Virus record (IMG/VR): IMGVR_UViG_3300027835_000021 | Coordinates: 1-27,357 of that record | DNA length: 27,357 nt | Direction: 5' to 3' (one strand) | Source of the DNA: a virus | Taxonomy: Duplodnaviria; Caudoviricetes | Shown: one piece after another, positions 1-8,710 of the stretch | Layout of the letters: every line of letters begins with the position of its first letter | Numbering within the stretch: position 1 is the first letter of the stretch | Notes under the pieces: generated by a model | The model's database searches: none | Seen by the model: the letters and a program-made list of their open reading frames with translations, nothing else | Told to the model about the DNA's origin: nothing | Position numbers and translations under genes: made by a program

Positions 1-103
1 CCCCGTGACCGGTAGTTTTTAACTATGGGTCAAGTGAACCAATAAATAGGGTCGTTCCATTTCAAACGATCCTGCCCCAATTTAATCGGGGTAAATTCCA
101 TGC

Positions 104-1789
104 ATGCCCACCACGGTTCCACGCATTGAGCTAAACATCCTGGACAAGGCCGTGCTCTGGGCATCCCCTAAAGCGGGAATAGAGCGCATCCGGGCCAAGA
201 TGGCCGTGGCCGCGTTTTCCGGCGCGGGCTACATCACCCCCGGCATTCACAAGAAATCCATGCGGGGCTGGCTCACTTCCGCCAACCACGTCGATTACGA
301 TACCCTGCCGGTTTTGGAAGCCTCGCGCGCGGGAGCCCGTGACCTCTGGATGAACACGCCCCTGGCGACGGCGGCGTTAAAGCGCTGCCGGACGAACATC
401 GTCGGCTTCGGCCTCTCCTTGCAAAGCCGCATCGACCGGAAAACCTTGGGGCTATCCGATGAAGCGGCGGATGCCTGGGAGCAAAACACCGAGGCGGAAT
501 TCAAACTCTGGGCCGCATCGGTTGACTGCGATATCCGCCGAAAGCAGAACTTTGCCGAACTGCAAGCCCTGGCGCTTCTCTCAACCCTCATGTCCGGCGA
601 CGCCTTCGTGCTCTTGCCGATGGTCCCGCGCCAAGGGCAGCCCTACGACCTGCGGGTGCAAATCCTGGAGGCGGATTACGTTTCGAACCCCATCGACAAG
701 ATGGAAACGCTCCGGCTCTCCAGCGGGATTGAAACCGATACCTATGGTGCGCCGGTCGCGTATTGGATTCGGTCGCTGCCTCCCGATATCACCATTTACG
801 CCACCGGGCAAGGGGTGCCCCATTACCTCGGGACGTGGGAGCGCGTGCCCGCCTACGGTCCCAAGTCCGGGAGGCGCAATGTCCTCCACCTCATGGAAAC
901 GGACCGGCCCGGCCAGCGGCGCGGCATGCCGTTCCTGGCCCCGGTCCTGGAAATCTTGAAGCAGCTTACCCGGCTCTCGGAGGCCGAACTGGCAGCGGCG
1001 GTCGTGGCTTCGTTCTTCACCGTGTTCATCAAGAACGTGCCCGGCCTGAATCCTTTGGGCGCGACGTTCGAAGGCGAGGACAGCGTCCTTAATCCGAACG
1101 ACCCACGCGATGCCCAAAGCTACGAGATGGCTCCGGGCAACATCATCAAGCTGGACAAGGAGGAAGGAATTGAGCTTGCCGACCCGAAGCGGCCCAGCGC
1201 GCTCTTCGAACCGTTCTTCGTGGCGATGTGCAAGCAAATCGGCGCGGCCCTGGAAATCCCCTTCGAACAACTCCTCCTCCATTTTTCCGCCAGCTACAGC
1301 GCCAGCCGCGCCGCGCTCCTGGAAGCCTGGAAGTTCTACAAAAGATGGCGCGTTTGGTTGGCTGCGAATTTCTGCCAGCCGACTTTTGAGGAATGGCTCA
1401 CCGAGGCCGTACTCAAGGGGCGCATTCAGGCTCCCGGTTTCTTTGACGACGTCCGCATTCGCGCCGCATGGTGCGGGGCGGAATGGTCGGGCGCGGGTCA
1501 AGGCCAAATCGACCCCTTGAAGGAAACGCAAGCGGCGGAACTGCGCATTAAGACCGCGCTCTCGACCTACGAGGATGAGGCCGTGGCCTTAAGCGGCGGC
1601 AATTGGGAGGGCCGCGCCTCACGCCTGGCGCGGGAGCGGGCCATCCTCGTTGAAAAGGGACTCGCAGAGGACATCAACCCCCTTGTGCAACCGATGCAGC
1701 CGCAGCAGCAAGGGATGTCACCGCAGCAGGGGACCTCGCTGGAGCAGAATGGCGATGGCTCCACGGACGCGGGAGGCTTAGGTGCTTAA
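104..1789 (+). CDS. Phage portal protein, lambda family
   Basis: 561 aa with lambda-portal motifs (RARDL..N, GDAFV, RPGQRRGMP.LAPV, SYSASRAALLE.W, IDPLKE); lies upstream of the protease and capsid genes. Confidence 0.95.
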   Translation: MPTTVPRIELNILDKAVLWASPKAGIERIRAKMAVAAFSGAGYITPGIHKKSMRGWLTSANHVDYDTLPVLEASRAGARDLWMNTPLATAALKRCRTNIVGFGLSLQSRIDRKTLGLSDEAADAWEQNTEAEFKLWAASVDCDIRRKQNFAELQALALLSTLMSGDAFVLLPMVPRQGQPYDLRVQILEADYVSNPIDKMETLRLSSGIETDTYGAPVAYWIRSLPPDITIYATGQGVPHYLGTWERVPAYGPKSGRRNVLHLMETDRPGQRRGMPFLAPVLEILKQLTRLSEAELAAAVVASFFTVFIKNVPGLNPLGATFEGEDSVLNPNDPRDAQSYEMAPGNIIKLDKEEGIELADPKRPSALFEPFFVAMCKQIGAALEIPFEQLLLHFSASYSASRAALLEAWKFYKRWRVWLAANFCQPTFEEWLTEAVLKGRIQAPGFFDDVRIRAAWCGAEWSGAGQGQIDPLKETQAAELRIKTALSTYEDEAVALSGGNWEGRASRLARERAILVEKGLAEDINPLVQPMQPQQQGMSPQQGTSLEQNGDGSTDAGGLGA

Positions 1790-3107
1790 TAGTGGCGAAG
1801 AAATGCGGGATCCCTCCCATTCCCACCCTTACGTTATCGAGGCTGTCTTCGATCACCGGTGGGCTATTCTTCCGGGCTACTTGGAAACGATTCTCCAAGT
1901 GGTGAACCGCCAAGGCGGATTAGAGGCCGCCCTCGCCGGAAGGAAAGCCTACGAGGATCGCGCCCCTTCCATGGGTTACTCTCCGTCGGCCTTATCCGGG
2001 GACCAGCTGGCGGTCATTCCCATCATCGGCCCCATTTTTCCGAGGGCCACGCTCTTCTCCTCCATTTCCGGCGGGACGTCCATCTCCCGTTTGACGGCGG
2101 GGCTTAAAGCCGCGCTCGAGGATCCTACCGTCGCCGGAATCGTGCTGTCCATCGACAGCCCTGGCGGCGAGGTCACGGGCGTTTCCGAATTCGCCCAGGC
2201 CGTGTACGATGCACGCGGGAAGAAGCCCATCACCGCCTATGTGCAAGGGATGGCGGCCTCGGCGGCGTATTGGATCGCCAGCGCCGCCGACGAAATCGTC
2301 CTCGCCGACGTCGGGGAGGTGGGCTCCATCGGCGTGGTCGCGGCCTATTCCGACGACAAGGAAGCGCAAAAAAAGCGCGGCGTCGTGACCCACGAAATCG
2401 TGTCGTCGCAAAGCCCGCACAAGCGCCCGGACGTGTCCACCGAAGCGGGCCGCGCCCAAGTCCAAGAAGTGGTCGATGCCATCGCCGCCGTCTTTGTATC
2501 CACCGTGGCTCGTAACCGGAAGGTTTCGGAAGGAATGGTTCTGGAAACCTTTGGCCAGGGTGCGCTGTTCGTGGGCCAAAAGGCCGTGGGCCGCAAGATG
2601 GCGGACCGCGTCGGCACCTTCGACTCGGTGGTTCAGGCGTTTGAAACCAAGATAGCGCAGCAAAATCAAACCCATAGAGGAGGATTCCCCATGTCCGCAC
2701 AAGAAAGCATCCCTGCCACCCCCGCAAAAGAGGCGGCTTCGCTCCCAGCGACGGCTTTGCTCCCGGTTCCCTCCAGTGCTGAGACTGCGGCTGCCGCAAC
2801 CGCAGCGGTCATCGCCGCCGAGCAGGAGCGCATCCGTGCCATCGAATCGGTGAGGGCACCGGGCATGGAGGCGTTTATCGCGGCGCACAAATGGGATATG
2901 GGCATGACCCGTGACAAGATGGCCGCCCTCATCTTGGAGGAGCAGGAAAAGCAAAGACAGATGAAGGGCAAGGCGCATCAAGAGGACGCCCTCGATCTGG
3001 CCAAGCACGCGGCTGCGGTCGGTAACGTGGGCGAACTGCCAGAGGCAAGCGAACAGGATGTGATTTTTCACCACATGCTCGCCGGAGCGAACTCAAAGCG
3101 GAAATAA
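1782..3107 (+). CDS. Head maturation protease, S49 family (lambda C-like), with C-terminal scaffold region
   Basis: IDSPGG, MAASAAYWIASAAD and GSIGV motifs; GGGAGG upstream of GTG 1782; Ala-rich helical C-terminus. Confidence 0.93.
   Translation: MLNSGEEMRDPSHSHPYVIEAVFDHRWAILPGYLETILQVVNRQGGLEAALAGRKAYEDRAPSMGYSPSALSGDQLAVIPIIGPIFPRATLFSSISGGTSISRLTAGLKAALEDPTVAGIVLSIDSPGGEVTGVSEFAQAVYDARGKKPITAYVQGMAASAAYWIASAADEIVLADVGEVGSIGVVAAYSDDKEAQKKRGVVTHEIVSSQSPHKRPDVSTEAGRAQVQEVVDAIAAVFVSTVARNRKVSEGMVLETFGQGALFVGQKAVGRKMADRVGTFDSVVQAFETKIAQQNQTHRGGFPMSAQESIPATPAKEAASLPATALLPVPSSAETAAAATAAVIAAEQERIRAIESVRAPGMEAFIAAHKWDMGMTRDKMAALILEEQEKQRQMKGKAHQEDALDLAKHAAAVGNVGELPEASEQDVIFHHMLAGANSKRK
2691..3107 (+). 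CDS. Nested in-frame scaffolding protein (lambda Nu3-like), 138 aa
   Basis: Strong SD (GGAGGA 2679-2684) before the in-frame ATG 2691, at the end of the protease domain; same arrangement as lambda C/Nu3. Confidence 0.7.
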   Translation: MSAQESIPATPAKEAASLPATALLPVPSSAETAAAATAAVIAAEQERIRAIESVRAPGMEAFIAAHKWDMGMTRDKMAALILEEQEKQRQMKGKAHQEDALDLAKHAAAVGNVGELPEASEQDVIFHHMLAGANSKRK

Positions 3108-3146
3108 CGACCGGTAGCGGACACCCAAGAAAAAGGAGAAAAGAAC

Positions 3147-3821
3147 ATGGCCAATCCCCTCGATACCTTCATCCACAACAACCTCATCGGCGGAGACTTC
3201 CCGATTCTCTCCAAGAAGACCACGGTCCTTTTAGGAGAGCCCGCCGATATGAGTCGCGGTGCGCTCATGGGCCTCGTCAAAACCGCCGGGGTGACCGAGT
3301 CCCATGTGGGCAATACCGGCGGCGGCGTCATGGGTGCAATAACCAAAGGCATTCTGGCGAAAGCGGGGGATTACTTGCTTACGCTTGTGCGTACCGTCGC
3401 GAATGGCGGGGACTTTATCCTTAAAGATCCGGAAGGGAACCTCGTGGGAATGGGGCAAGTGGGCGTGGCCTTTGTATCCGCCCATCTCAATTTCACTTTG
3501 GCGGATGGCGCACCCGACTTCAACGTCGGGGACAAGTTCATTCTCACGGTGGCTCCGGGAGGAGGCCAAAGCCGAAGGCTGGACGTGACTTCAACCGACG
3601 GCAGCGCGCTGCCGGACCATATCCAGTCCGAGGACATGGACGCGTCCTTGGCGAACAAGGCCAGCGTCGGATATACGACCGGCGTGTTCAACGAACGCGC
3701 CATCACGATGGATGCTCCAGCCACACTCGATACCTTGGTCGGCGGGAGAACCCTCCGGGAGCATTGCCGCGACCTCGGCATCCATTTCGTCCGGTCCATG
3801 AACACGAGCGGAGTGGCCTGA
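3147..3821 (+). CDS. Head decoration protein (lambda D-like) with an inserted Gly-rich beta domain
   Basis: Sits between protease and capsid; D-like ends (RGALMG; YTTGVFNERAI; R.LGI.F); AAGGAG SD. Confidence 0.8.
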   Translation: MANPLDTFIHNNLIGGDFPILSKKTTVLLGEPADMSRGALMGLVKTAGVTESHVGNTGGGVMGAITKGILAKAGDYLLTLVRTVANGGDFILKDPEGNLVGMGQVGVAFVSAHLNFTLADGAPDFNVGDKFILTVAPGGGQSRRLDVTSTDGSALPDHIQSEDMDASLANKASVGYTTGVFNERAITMDAPATLDTLVGGRTLREHCRDLGIHFVRSMNTSGVA

Positions 3822-3884
3822 CGGTTTAATAACGGATTAAGACGGCGCTTTCATCCATAAGTAAACCCATAGGAGATAGGAAAC

Positions 3885-4940
3885 ATGACCGCTACCCTGG
3901 ACCTGTTCCAATACCAGACGATGTTACGTGTTTTAGAGCAAGCGAAGAAACCGAAGACGTTCCTTCGGAACAATTTCTTTTCCGGCATCGAGCAGTCGAT
4001 GACGGAGCAAGTCATGATCGACGTGTACGAGGGCAAGCGCCGCACCGCCGTGTACGTGAAGCCCAAGCACGCGGCCAAGGTCATCGACCGCATCGGATAC
4101 AAAACCAATTCCTACAAGCCGCCGTATGTCAAGATGAAAACGGACACGACCGCCGAGGACTTCCTGCGGCGTCTGCCCGGCGAGACCATTTTCTCCCCCG
4201 GCGATTCGCCCATGGCCAGGGCCGCCCGCAGGGTCGGCGAAGACATGATCGAAATGAACGACATGATCGACCGCTTGGAAGAATTCCAATGCGCGTCCCT
4301 GATTCAAAACGGCTCCTACAACATCGTCGGCGATGGCTTGAGCGAGGTCATCGACTTCGGCTTGCCGGGAATGCATAACATCACCTTAACCGGCACCTCC
4401 CGCTGGAGCCAAGCAGCCAGCGTCCCGATGAACAACCTCCGCGCATGGCGGCGGCAAATCATCCAGGATTCGGGCCTGACCCCGACGGACGTGTTCCTCG
4501 CCAGCGATGTCGTGGATTCGTTCTACGAGAACGTCCAGATCCAAAAGCACATGGACCTCTGGCGCATGAACATGGGCACCATCCAGCCTGTCCTCGACTA
4601 CGGGGCGCAGGATTCCGGCGTCACCTTCCTCGGCTACATCAATGAAGTCGGCCTCAACTTTTGGGCCTACGACGAATTTTACCTGGACCCCGCCGATGGC
4701 GGCGAGAAGGCCATGATCGAGAGCGGCAACGTCATCATGCTCTGCAAGAACATGCGCGCGGGCCGTCATTACGGCGCGATACGCGACCTCCGCGCCAACT
4801 TCGCCGTGCCCCGCTTCCCGAAATCCTGGGAGGAGGAGGATCCGTCCGTGCGCTGGCTCATGGTCCAGTCCGCGCCCATGATGGCCCTGCACCAAACCCA
4901 GGCCATTATCGTCGTCGACGTCTTGAACGGAGGTCTCTGA
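3885..4940 (+). CDS. Major capsid protein, lambda gpE family
   Basis: 351 aa; FLRNNFF, YKPPYVK and the C-terminal PKSWEEEDPSVRWLMVQSAPM signature. Confidence 0.93.
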   Translation: MTATLDLFQYQTMLRVLEQAKKPKTFLRNNFFSGIEQSMTEQVMIDVYEGKRRTAVYVKPKHAAKVIDRIGYKTNSYKPPYVKMKTDTTAEDFLRRLPGETIFSPGDSPMARAARRVGEDMIEMNDMIDRLEEFQCASLIQNGSYNIVGDGLSEVIDFGLPGMHNITLTGTSRWSQAASVPMNNLRAWRRQIIQDSGLTPTDVFLASDVVDSFYENVQIQKHMDLWRMNMGTIQPVLDYGAQDSGVTFLGYINEVGLNFWAYDEFYLDPADGGEKAMIESGNVIMLCKNMRAGRHYGAIRDLRANFAVPRFPKSWEEEDPSVRWLMVQSAPMMALHQTQAIIVVDVLNGGL

Positions 4941-5254
4941 TGGGTATCGCCGTTCGAGCACGCAGGACAATTATTCGGAGCGGCATTGAAATTCTGCCGG
5001 GTACGGTCTTCGAAATGCCGGATCAAAAATCGGCAGACCACCTCATAGAGAAAGGCGTGGTCACGCCCTATCTCAATCAGCCCATCGCGGCCACGCCCGA
5101 GTACGAAGTCACGGAAACGGGAGCCAAGCGGGAGGTCCTCCCAGTGCTTCCGGAAGGACCAATGGCCCCGGTGTCTCTGTTGGATAAGCCCCCGGAATCA
5201 TTTATCGATGAAGGCGCTCCCTCGGCGGATCGTCCGAAAGGAAAGCGCCGGTGA
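4940..5254 (+). CDS. Small head-associated hypothetical protein (104 aa; position of lambda FI)
   Basis: TGATG overlap with the capsid stop and GGAGG upstream; true start ATG 4940 within the 4661 ORF; Pro/Glu-rich tail. Confidence 0.7.
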   Translation: MGIAVRARRTIIRSGIEILPGTVFEMPDQKSADHLIEKGVVTPYLNQPIAATPEYEVTETGAKREVLPVLPEGPMAPVSLLDKPPESFIDEGAPSADRPKGKRR

Positions 5255-5580
5255 GCCAGGAATTCGTGAATGCCCTGGACGGGGATTTGGGGAAGGTGTT
5301 CTTCGGTGAGGGGGACTTCACCGAACCCGCCCTATACCTGCCCGCATCGGGGGCTTCGTATGCCTTGAACGTGCTGTTTGACGACCCCTGTGCCGACCCG
5401 TCTCCCCAGGGCGGCGGGGCCAAGGTTCAAACACGCGCACCCGTTGTCATGGTGCGGGAAACCCAATTAGCGGGAGGAGCGAAGCCGGGGGACAGGATTA
5501 CGGTCAGAGGCAACACCTTCAAAGTCATCAGCGCGGAACCGAATGGCGTCGGGGTCCTGTCCCTGGCGCTTCACAAATAG
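5251..5580 (+). CDS. Head-tail joining protein (lambda FII-like)
   Basis: 109 aa beta-rich protein ending GDRITVRGNTFKV...PNGVGVLSLAL; position after the capsid genes. Confidence 0.75.
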   Translation: MSQEFVNALDGDLGKVFFGEGDFTEPALYLPASGASYALNVLFDDPCADPSPQGGGAKVQTRAPVVMVRETQLAGGAKPGDRITVRGNTFKVISAEPNGVGVLSLALHK

Positions 5581-5589
5581 GGGTATGAC

Positions 5590-6198
5590 GTGGCGCATGT
5601 AAGACAGCTTACCCGAAATGCGGTAGCGAACATCCTACTGGGGAACCCGCAGGCTGTCCCCGCCTCACCCGCTTATCCGATTACGGAAGTCGAGGGACGA
5701 ATTTATCCGAACCGTCCCACGCCGGTTTGGGAAGTGGAACTCCCGGCGATTTGCATCTACACGAAGACGGAAACGACGACGCCCGGCGACGATGAAAAGA
5801 TCCCGAAGTGGTACAACCGCAAGCTCATCATCACCCTCGAAATCCTGGTGCAAGTGGAAAGTGGTTTCGACGACCTCATCGATACGATTGCCGAAAAGGT
5901 GGAAGCGCTTTTGCTTCGGCATTGGTTTCTCCCTGACCCGGTAAGCCCAGGCGTAAACCTCACGGACAACCTCGTCATGAAGGGCACGGATATCGTCTTC
6001 GTGGGCGAGGATGCAAACAACGTCATCGCTTCCGGCCAATTGACGCTCGAGGCCACCTATAGCACGGACGTGTACTTCCCCAGCGTTCCGGAAACTTTCG
6101 ATTCGATGAGGGTCTCGTACAACATCGATGCAGCTGAGGGGGACGGGCACGTAGGGCCCGAGGCCGAGGATGAAGTGACGGGAATTTACACGCCATAA
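5590..6198 (+). CDS. Putative tail completion/terminator protein
   Basis: Acidic 202 aa protein with R..P....ELPAICIY motif; lies just before DUF2635 and the sheath. Confidence 0.65.
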   Translation: MAHVRQLTRNAVANILLGNPQAVPASPAYPITEVEGRIYPNRPTPVWEVELPAICIYTKTETTTPGDDEKIPKWYNRKLIITLEILVQVESGFDDLIDTIAEKVEALLLRHWFLPDPVSPGVNLTDNLVMKGTDIVFVGEDANNVIASGQLTLEATYSTDVYFPSVPETFDSMRVSYNIDAAEGDGHVGPEAEDEVTGIYTP

Positions 6199-6221
6199 CT
6201 GCCGAAAATAAGGAGGCACGC

Positions 6222-6410
6222 ATGTTTGTAAAGCCAGCCGTGGAAGGCGCACTGATACGAATCCCGGAACGGGATATGCGTCCCCTCTCTGCCGAAGGGG
6301 AAGAGGTTCCGGAAACACAATTCTGGTTCCGGCGCATCCTGTTCGGGGATGTGGTCAAGGTGGAACCGATTCACGATAGACCCAGGAAAAATAAGGAGAT
6401 GCCCTCATGA
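6222..6410 (+). CDS. DUF2635 family protein (Mu gp38-like)
   Basis: MFVKP...IR.P....L..EGEEVP...FW.RRI..GDVV pattern directly upstream of the sheath; AAGGAGG SD. Confidence 0.85.
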   Translation: MFVKPAVEGALIRIPERDMRPLSAEGEEVPETQFWFRRILFGDVVKVEPIHDRPRKNKEMPS

Positions 6411-7855
6411 CCATCGCGTCCACGCTCCGCGTTCCGTTTGTATTCGTGGAATTCGATTCCAGCTTTGCCAGCAAAGGCCCGGCACTCCTGCCCTACAAGG
6501 TACTCTTGCTGGGCGGCATGTTAGGGACGGGCAGCAAGGCCGCGAACGGTATTTACCGGGTCACGAGCCCGGACGAGGCCCGCACCTTCTTCGGAGCCGG
6601 TTCGCAATTACACCTCATGTTCATTTCCTGGTTCCTGAATAACAGGACCACGGAAGTGTACGGCCAGCCCATCGATGATTCGGCGGGCACGGCGGCGACC
6701 TTCACCTTAACCGTGACCGGTCCCGCCACGGCGGCGGGCGCCATTTCCCTGTACATCGCGGGCATGCGCGTCGTCGTCACCGTGGCTTCCGGTGATGCGC
6801 AAAATGCCATCGCCACCGCGATGAATGCGGCCTTGACCGCGCTCACGGACTTGCCCTTTACGGCGAGCGTTCTTTTGAACGTGGTCACTCTGACCGCCAA
6901 GAACCGAGGCCCGACGGGTTCGGACATCGATATTAGAGCCAACTACAATGACGGCGAAGCCTTCCCGACCGGCGTGTCCGTGGCTGTGGCCGCAGGCGTG
7001 GCTGGGGCCACGGCCCCGAGCCTTAATACGGCGATTGCCAATTGGGCCGATAACTGGTTCCAATTGGTGGTCGGCGCGTACCAGGACGCGGCAAATCTCA
7101 CGGCCATTGAGACCGAACTTGCCTCCCGCGCAGGCGCGCTGCGCATGATAGACGGCTTTTACATCACGGCCCGTATCGGCAATGTGTCCTCACAATCGAC
7201 GTTCGGGGCAAGCCGGAATTCCCAGGCCGTCGTCGTCATGGATTCGAACAAGGTCTTGAGCACGCCGCCGCAAATGGCTGCAGGGGCGGCGGGACAAATC
7301 GCCATCGAGGGGAATACGGATCCGGCGCGACCCTTTCAGACTCTGGCCCTTGCCGGCATTTATCCCGGTGCTATTACTGAGCGCCGTACCCTCGCCGATA
7401 ACAATTCCCTCCTCTATGACGGCATCTCTACGTTCTACGTCGACCAAGGCGGGGTCGTGCGCCTCCAGCGCCTCATCACCATGTATCAAAAGAACGCCGC
7501 GAACGCCGATGACACCGCATACCTGGACTTAAATACCGGACTCACGCTCATGTACCTCCGGTATTCGTTCCGCAATCATATCCTGTCCCGGTACGCCCGC
7601 GCCAAGCTGGCGGACGATGGAACCCCGGTCCCGGCGGGGCAATCGATCATTACGCCGCAGATTGGCAAGAACGAAGCCGTCGCCTGGTTCCTGCAAATGC
7701 GGGATCTGGGCCTCGTTGAAAACCTGGACCAGTTCAAAACCGACCTTGTTTGCCTCCGCAGCACCACGGACGTGAACCGGTTGGAATGGACCTTGCCCCC
7801 GGACCTCGTCAATCAATTCGTGGTCGGGGCGGCCACGATCAAGTTTCGGCTTTAA
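6407..7855 (+). CDS. Contractile tail sheath protein (Mu gpL-like)
   Basis: 482 aa; LRVPFVFVEFD, FGAGSQL..M, DPARPFQTL, R.ITMYQKNA and PPDLVNQF motifs. Confidence 0.95.
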   Translation: MTIASTLRVPFVFVEFDSSFASKGPALLPYKVLLLGGMLGTGSKAANGIYRVTSPDEARTFFGAGSQLHLMFISWFLNNRTTEVYGQPIDDSAGTAATFTLTVTGPATAAGAISLYIAGMRVVVTVASGDAQNAIATAMNAALTALTDLPFTASVLLNVVTLTAKNRGPTGSDIDIRANYNDGEAFPTGVSVAVAAGVAGATAPSLNTAIANWADNWFQLVVGAYQDAANLTAIETELASRAGALRMIDGFYITARIGNVSSQSTFGASRNSQAVVVMDSNKVLSTPPQMAAGAAGQIAIEGNTDPARPFQTLALAGIYPGAITERRTLADNNSLLYDGISTFYVDQGGVVRLQRLITMYQKNAANADDTAYLDLNTGLTLMYLRYSFRNHILSRYARAKLADDGTPVPAGQSIITPQIGKNEAVAWFLQMRDLGLVENLDQFKTDLVCLRSTTDVNRLEWTLPPDLVNQFVVGAATIKFRL

Positions 7856-7890
7856 ACCTTCAGATGAAATAACGGGAAGGAGAAAAAGAA

Positions 7891-8253
7891 ATGGCTACCA
7901 ACAGACGCGCCGGGGTGATGTTCCTCCTCATCAACGGCGTGCAGTATGACGCGAAGGGAAGTTTCACCTACAACCTCGGGGCTCCGAAGCGGGACGCGCT
8001 GGTCGGCCATGACAAGGTCCACGGGTATAAGGAGCTTCCCCAGGTGCCGCATATCGAAGGGGAAATCACGGACAGCGGGACGCTAAAAGTGAAAGATCTC
8101 CTCAATATCGAGGAGGCCACGATTCATTTGAAAATCGCGAACGGCAAGTCCTTCATCCTTCGGCAAGCCTGGTATTCGGGCGAAGGAAACGTGCAAACGG
8201 AGGAAGGCAATATCGAAGTCAAGTTTCAAGGCATGAGCGGCGAGGAAATCTGA
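7891..8253 (+). CDS. Tail tube protein (Mu gpM-like)
   Basis: 120 aa after the sheath; G.D.VHGYKE.P..P.IEGEI and EG.IEV.F.G motifs. Confidence 0.9.
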   Translation: MATNRRAGVMFLLINGVQYDAKGSFTYNLGAPKRDALVGHDKVHGYKELPQVPHIEGEITDSGTLKVKDLLNIEEATIHLKIANGKSFILRQAWYSGEGNVQTEEGNIEVKFQGMSGEEI

Positions 8254-8277
8254 ACTTAAGTAGAAAGGTTGATTCCC

Positions 8278-8562
8278 ATGGAAAACGAAAATACCCTAGC
8301 AACCGTGATACTCAAGCACCCGATCACCTTCGGCACGGAGGTGTATAAGGTGCTGGAGTTCCGCCGCCGCCTCAAGGCGCGGGATTTCTTCGGCATCCGC
8401 ATCGGCGGGATGAAGTTCGACGATTACCTGATGCTCATCTCCCGCGCCGTGAATATTCCCTCCCCGGTACTGGAGGAAATGGACGCGGAGGATTTCACCG
8501 CCGCTTGCATGGTGGCCGACTCTTTTTTGTCGAGTGGCCCGGCGACTTCGAAACTTGTCTAG
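8278..8562 (+). CDS. Tail assembly chaperone (94 aa; short form)
   Basis: L.HPI..G....L.FRR and ..EEMDAEDF motifs; between tube and tape measure; ATG 8278 preferred because of the GAAAGG SD. Confidence 0.85.
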   Translation: MENENTLATVILKHPITFGTEVYKVLEFRRRLKARDFFGIRIGGMKFDDYLMLISRAVNIPSPVLEEMDAEDFTAACMVADSFLSSGPATSKLV

Positions 8563-8684
8563 GGCACCTGGCCTATCTGTTCAAATGGCCCCCGTCGGAA
8601 CTTGGAAATCTATCCGCCGACGAACTCCTATTCTGGATGGAGCGGGCCAATAAGGTGCTTCTTGAATTGCAGAAGGAACTTTAA
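8523..8684 (+). other. Programmed -1 frameshift site (T TTT TTG) and P2 gpE'-like extension of the chaperone
   Basis: In-frame slippery heptamer at 8523-8529; the -1 frame reads FVEWPGDFETCLGHLAYLFKWPPSELGNLSADELLFWMERANKVLLELQKEL, stop 8682-8684. Confidence 0.85.
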
Positions 8685-8710
8685 GAGGACGCGTAAAAAG
8701 GATAAGTTGA

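Noticed and set aside
1-16. CCC CGT GAC CGG TAG (PRDR*), possibly the end of a gpW-like head-tail gene
   Set aside because: The position is plausible, but four codons cannot support a call.
1686-1745. CAG-rich micro-repeats at the portal 3' end
   Set aside because: They encode a low-complexity Gln/Pro tail, common in portals; not a regular array.
581-3074. Long antisense ORFs (581-1531, 1992-3074) and similar shadows elsewhere
   Set aside because: They lie opposite well-supported genes in GC-rich DNA, lack recognisable motifs, and are the expected by-product of codon bias.
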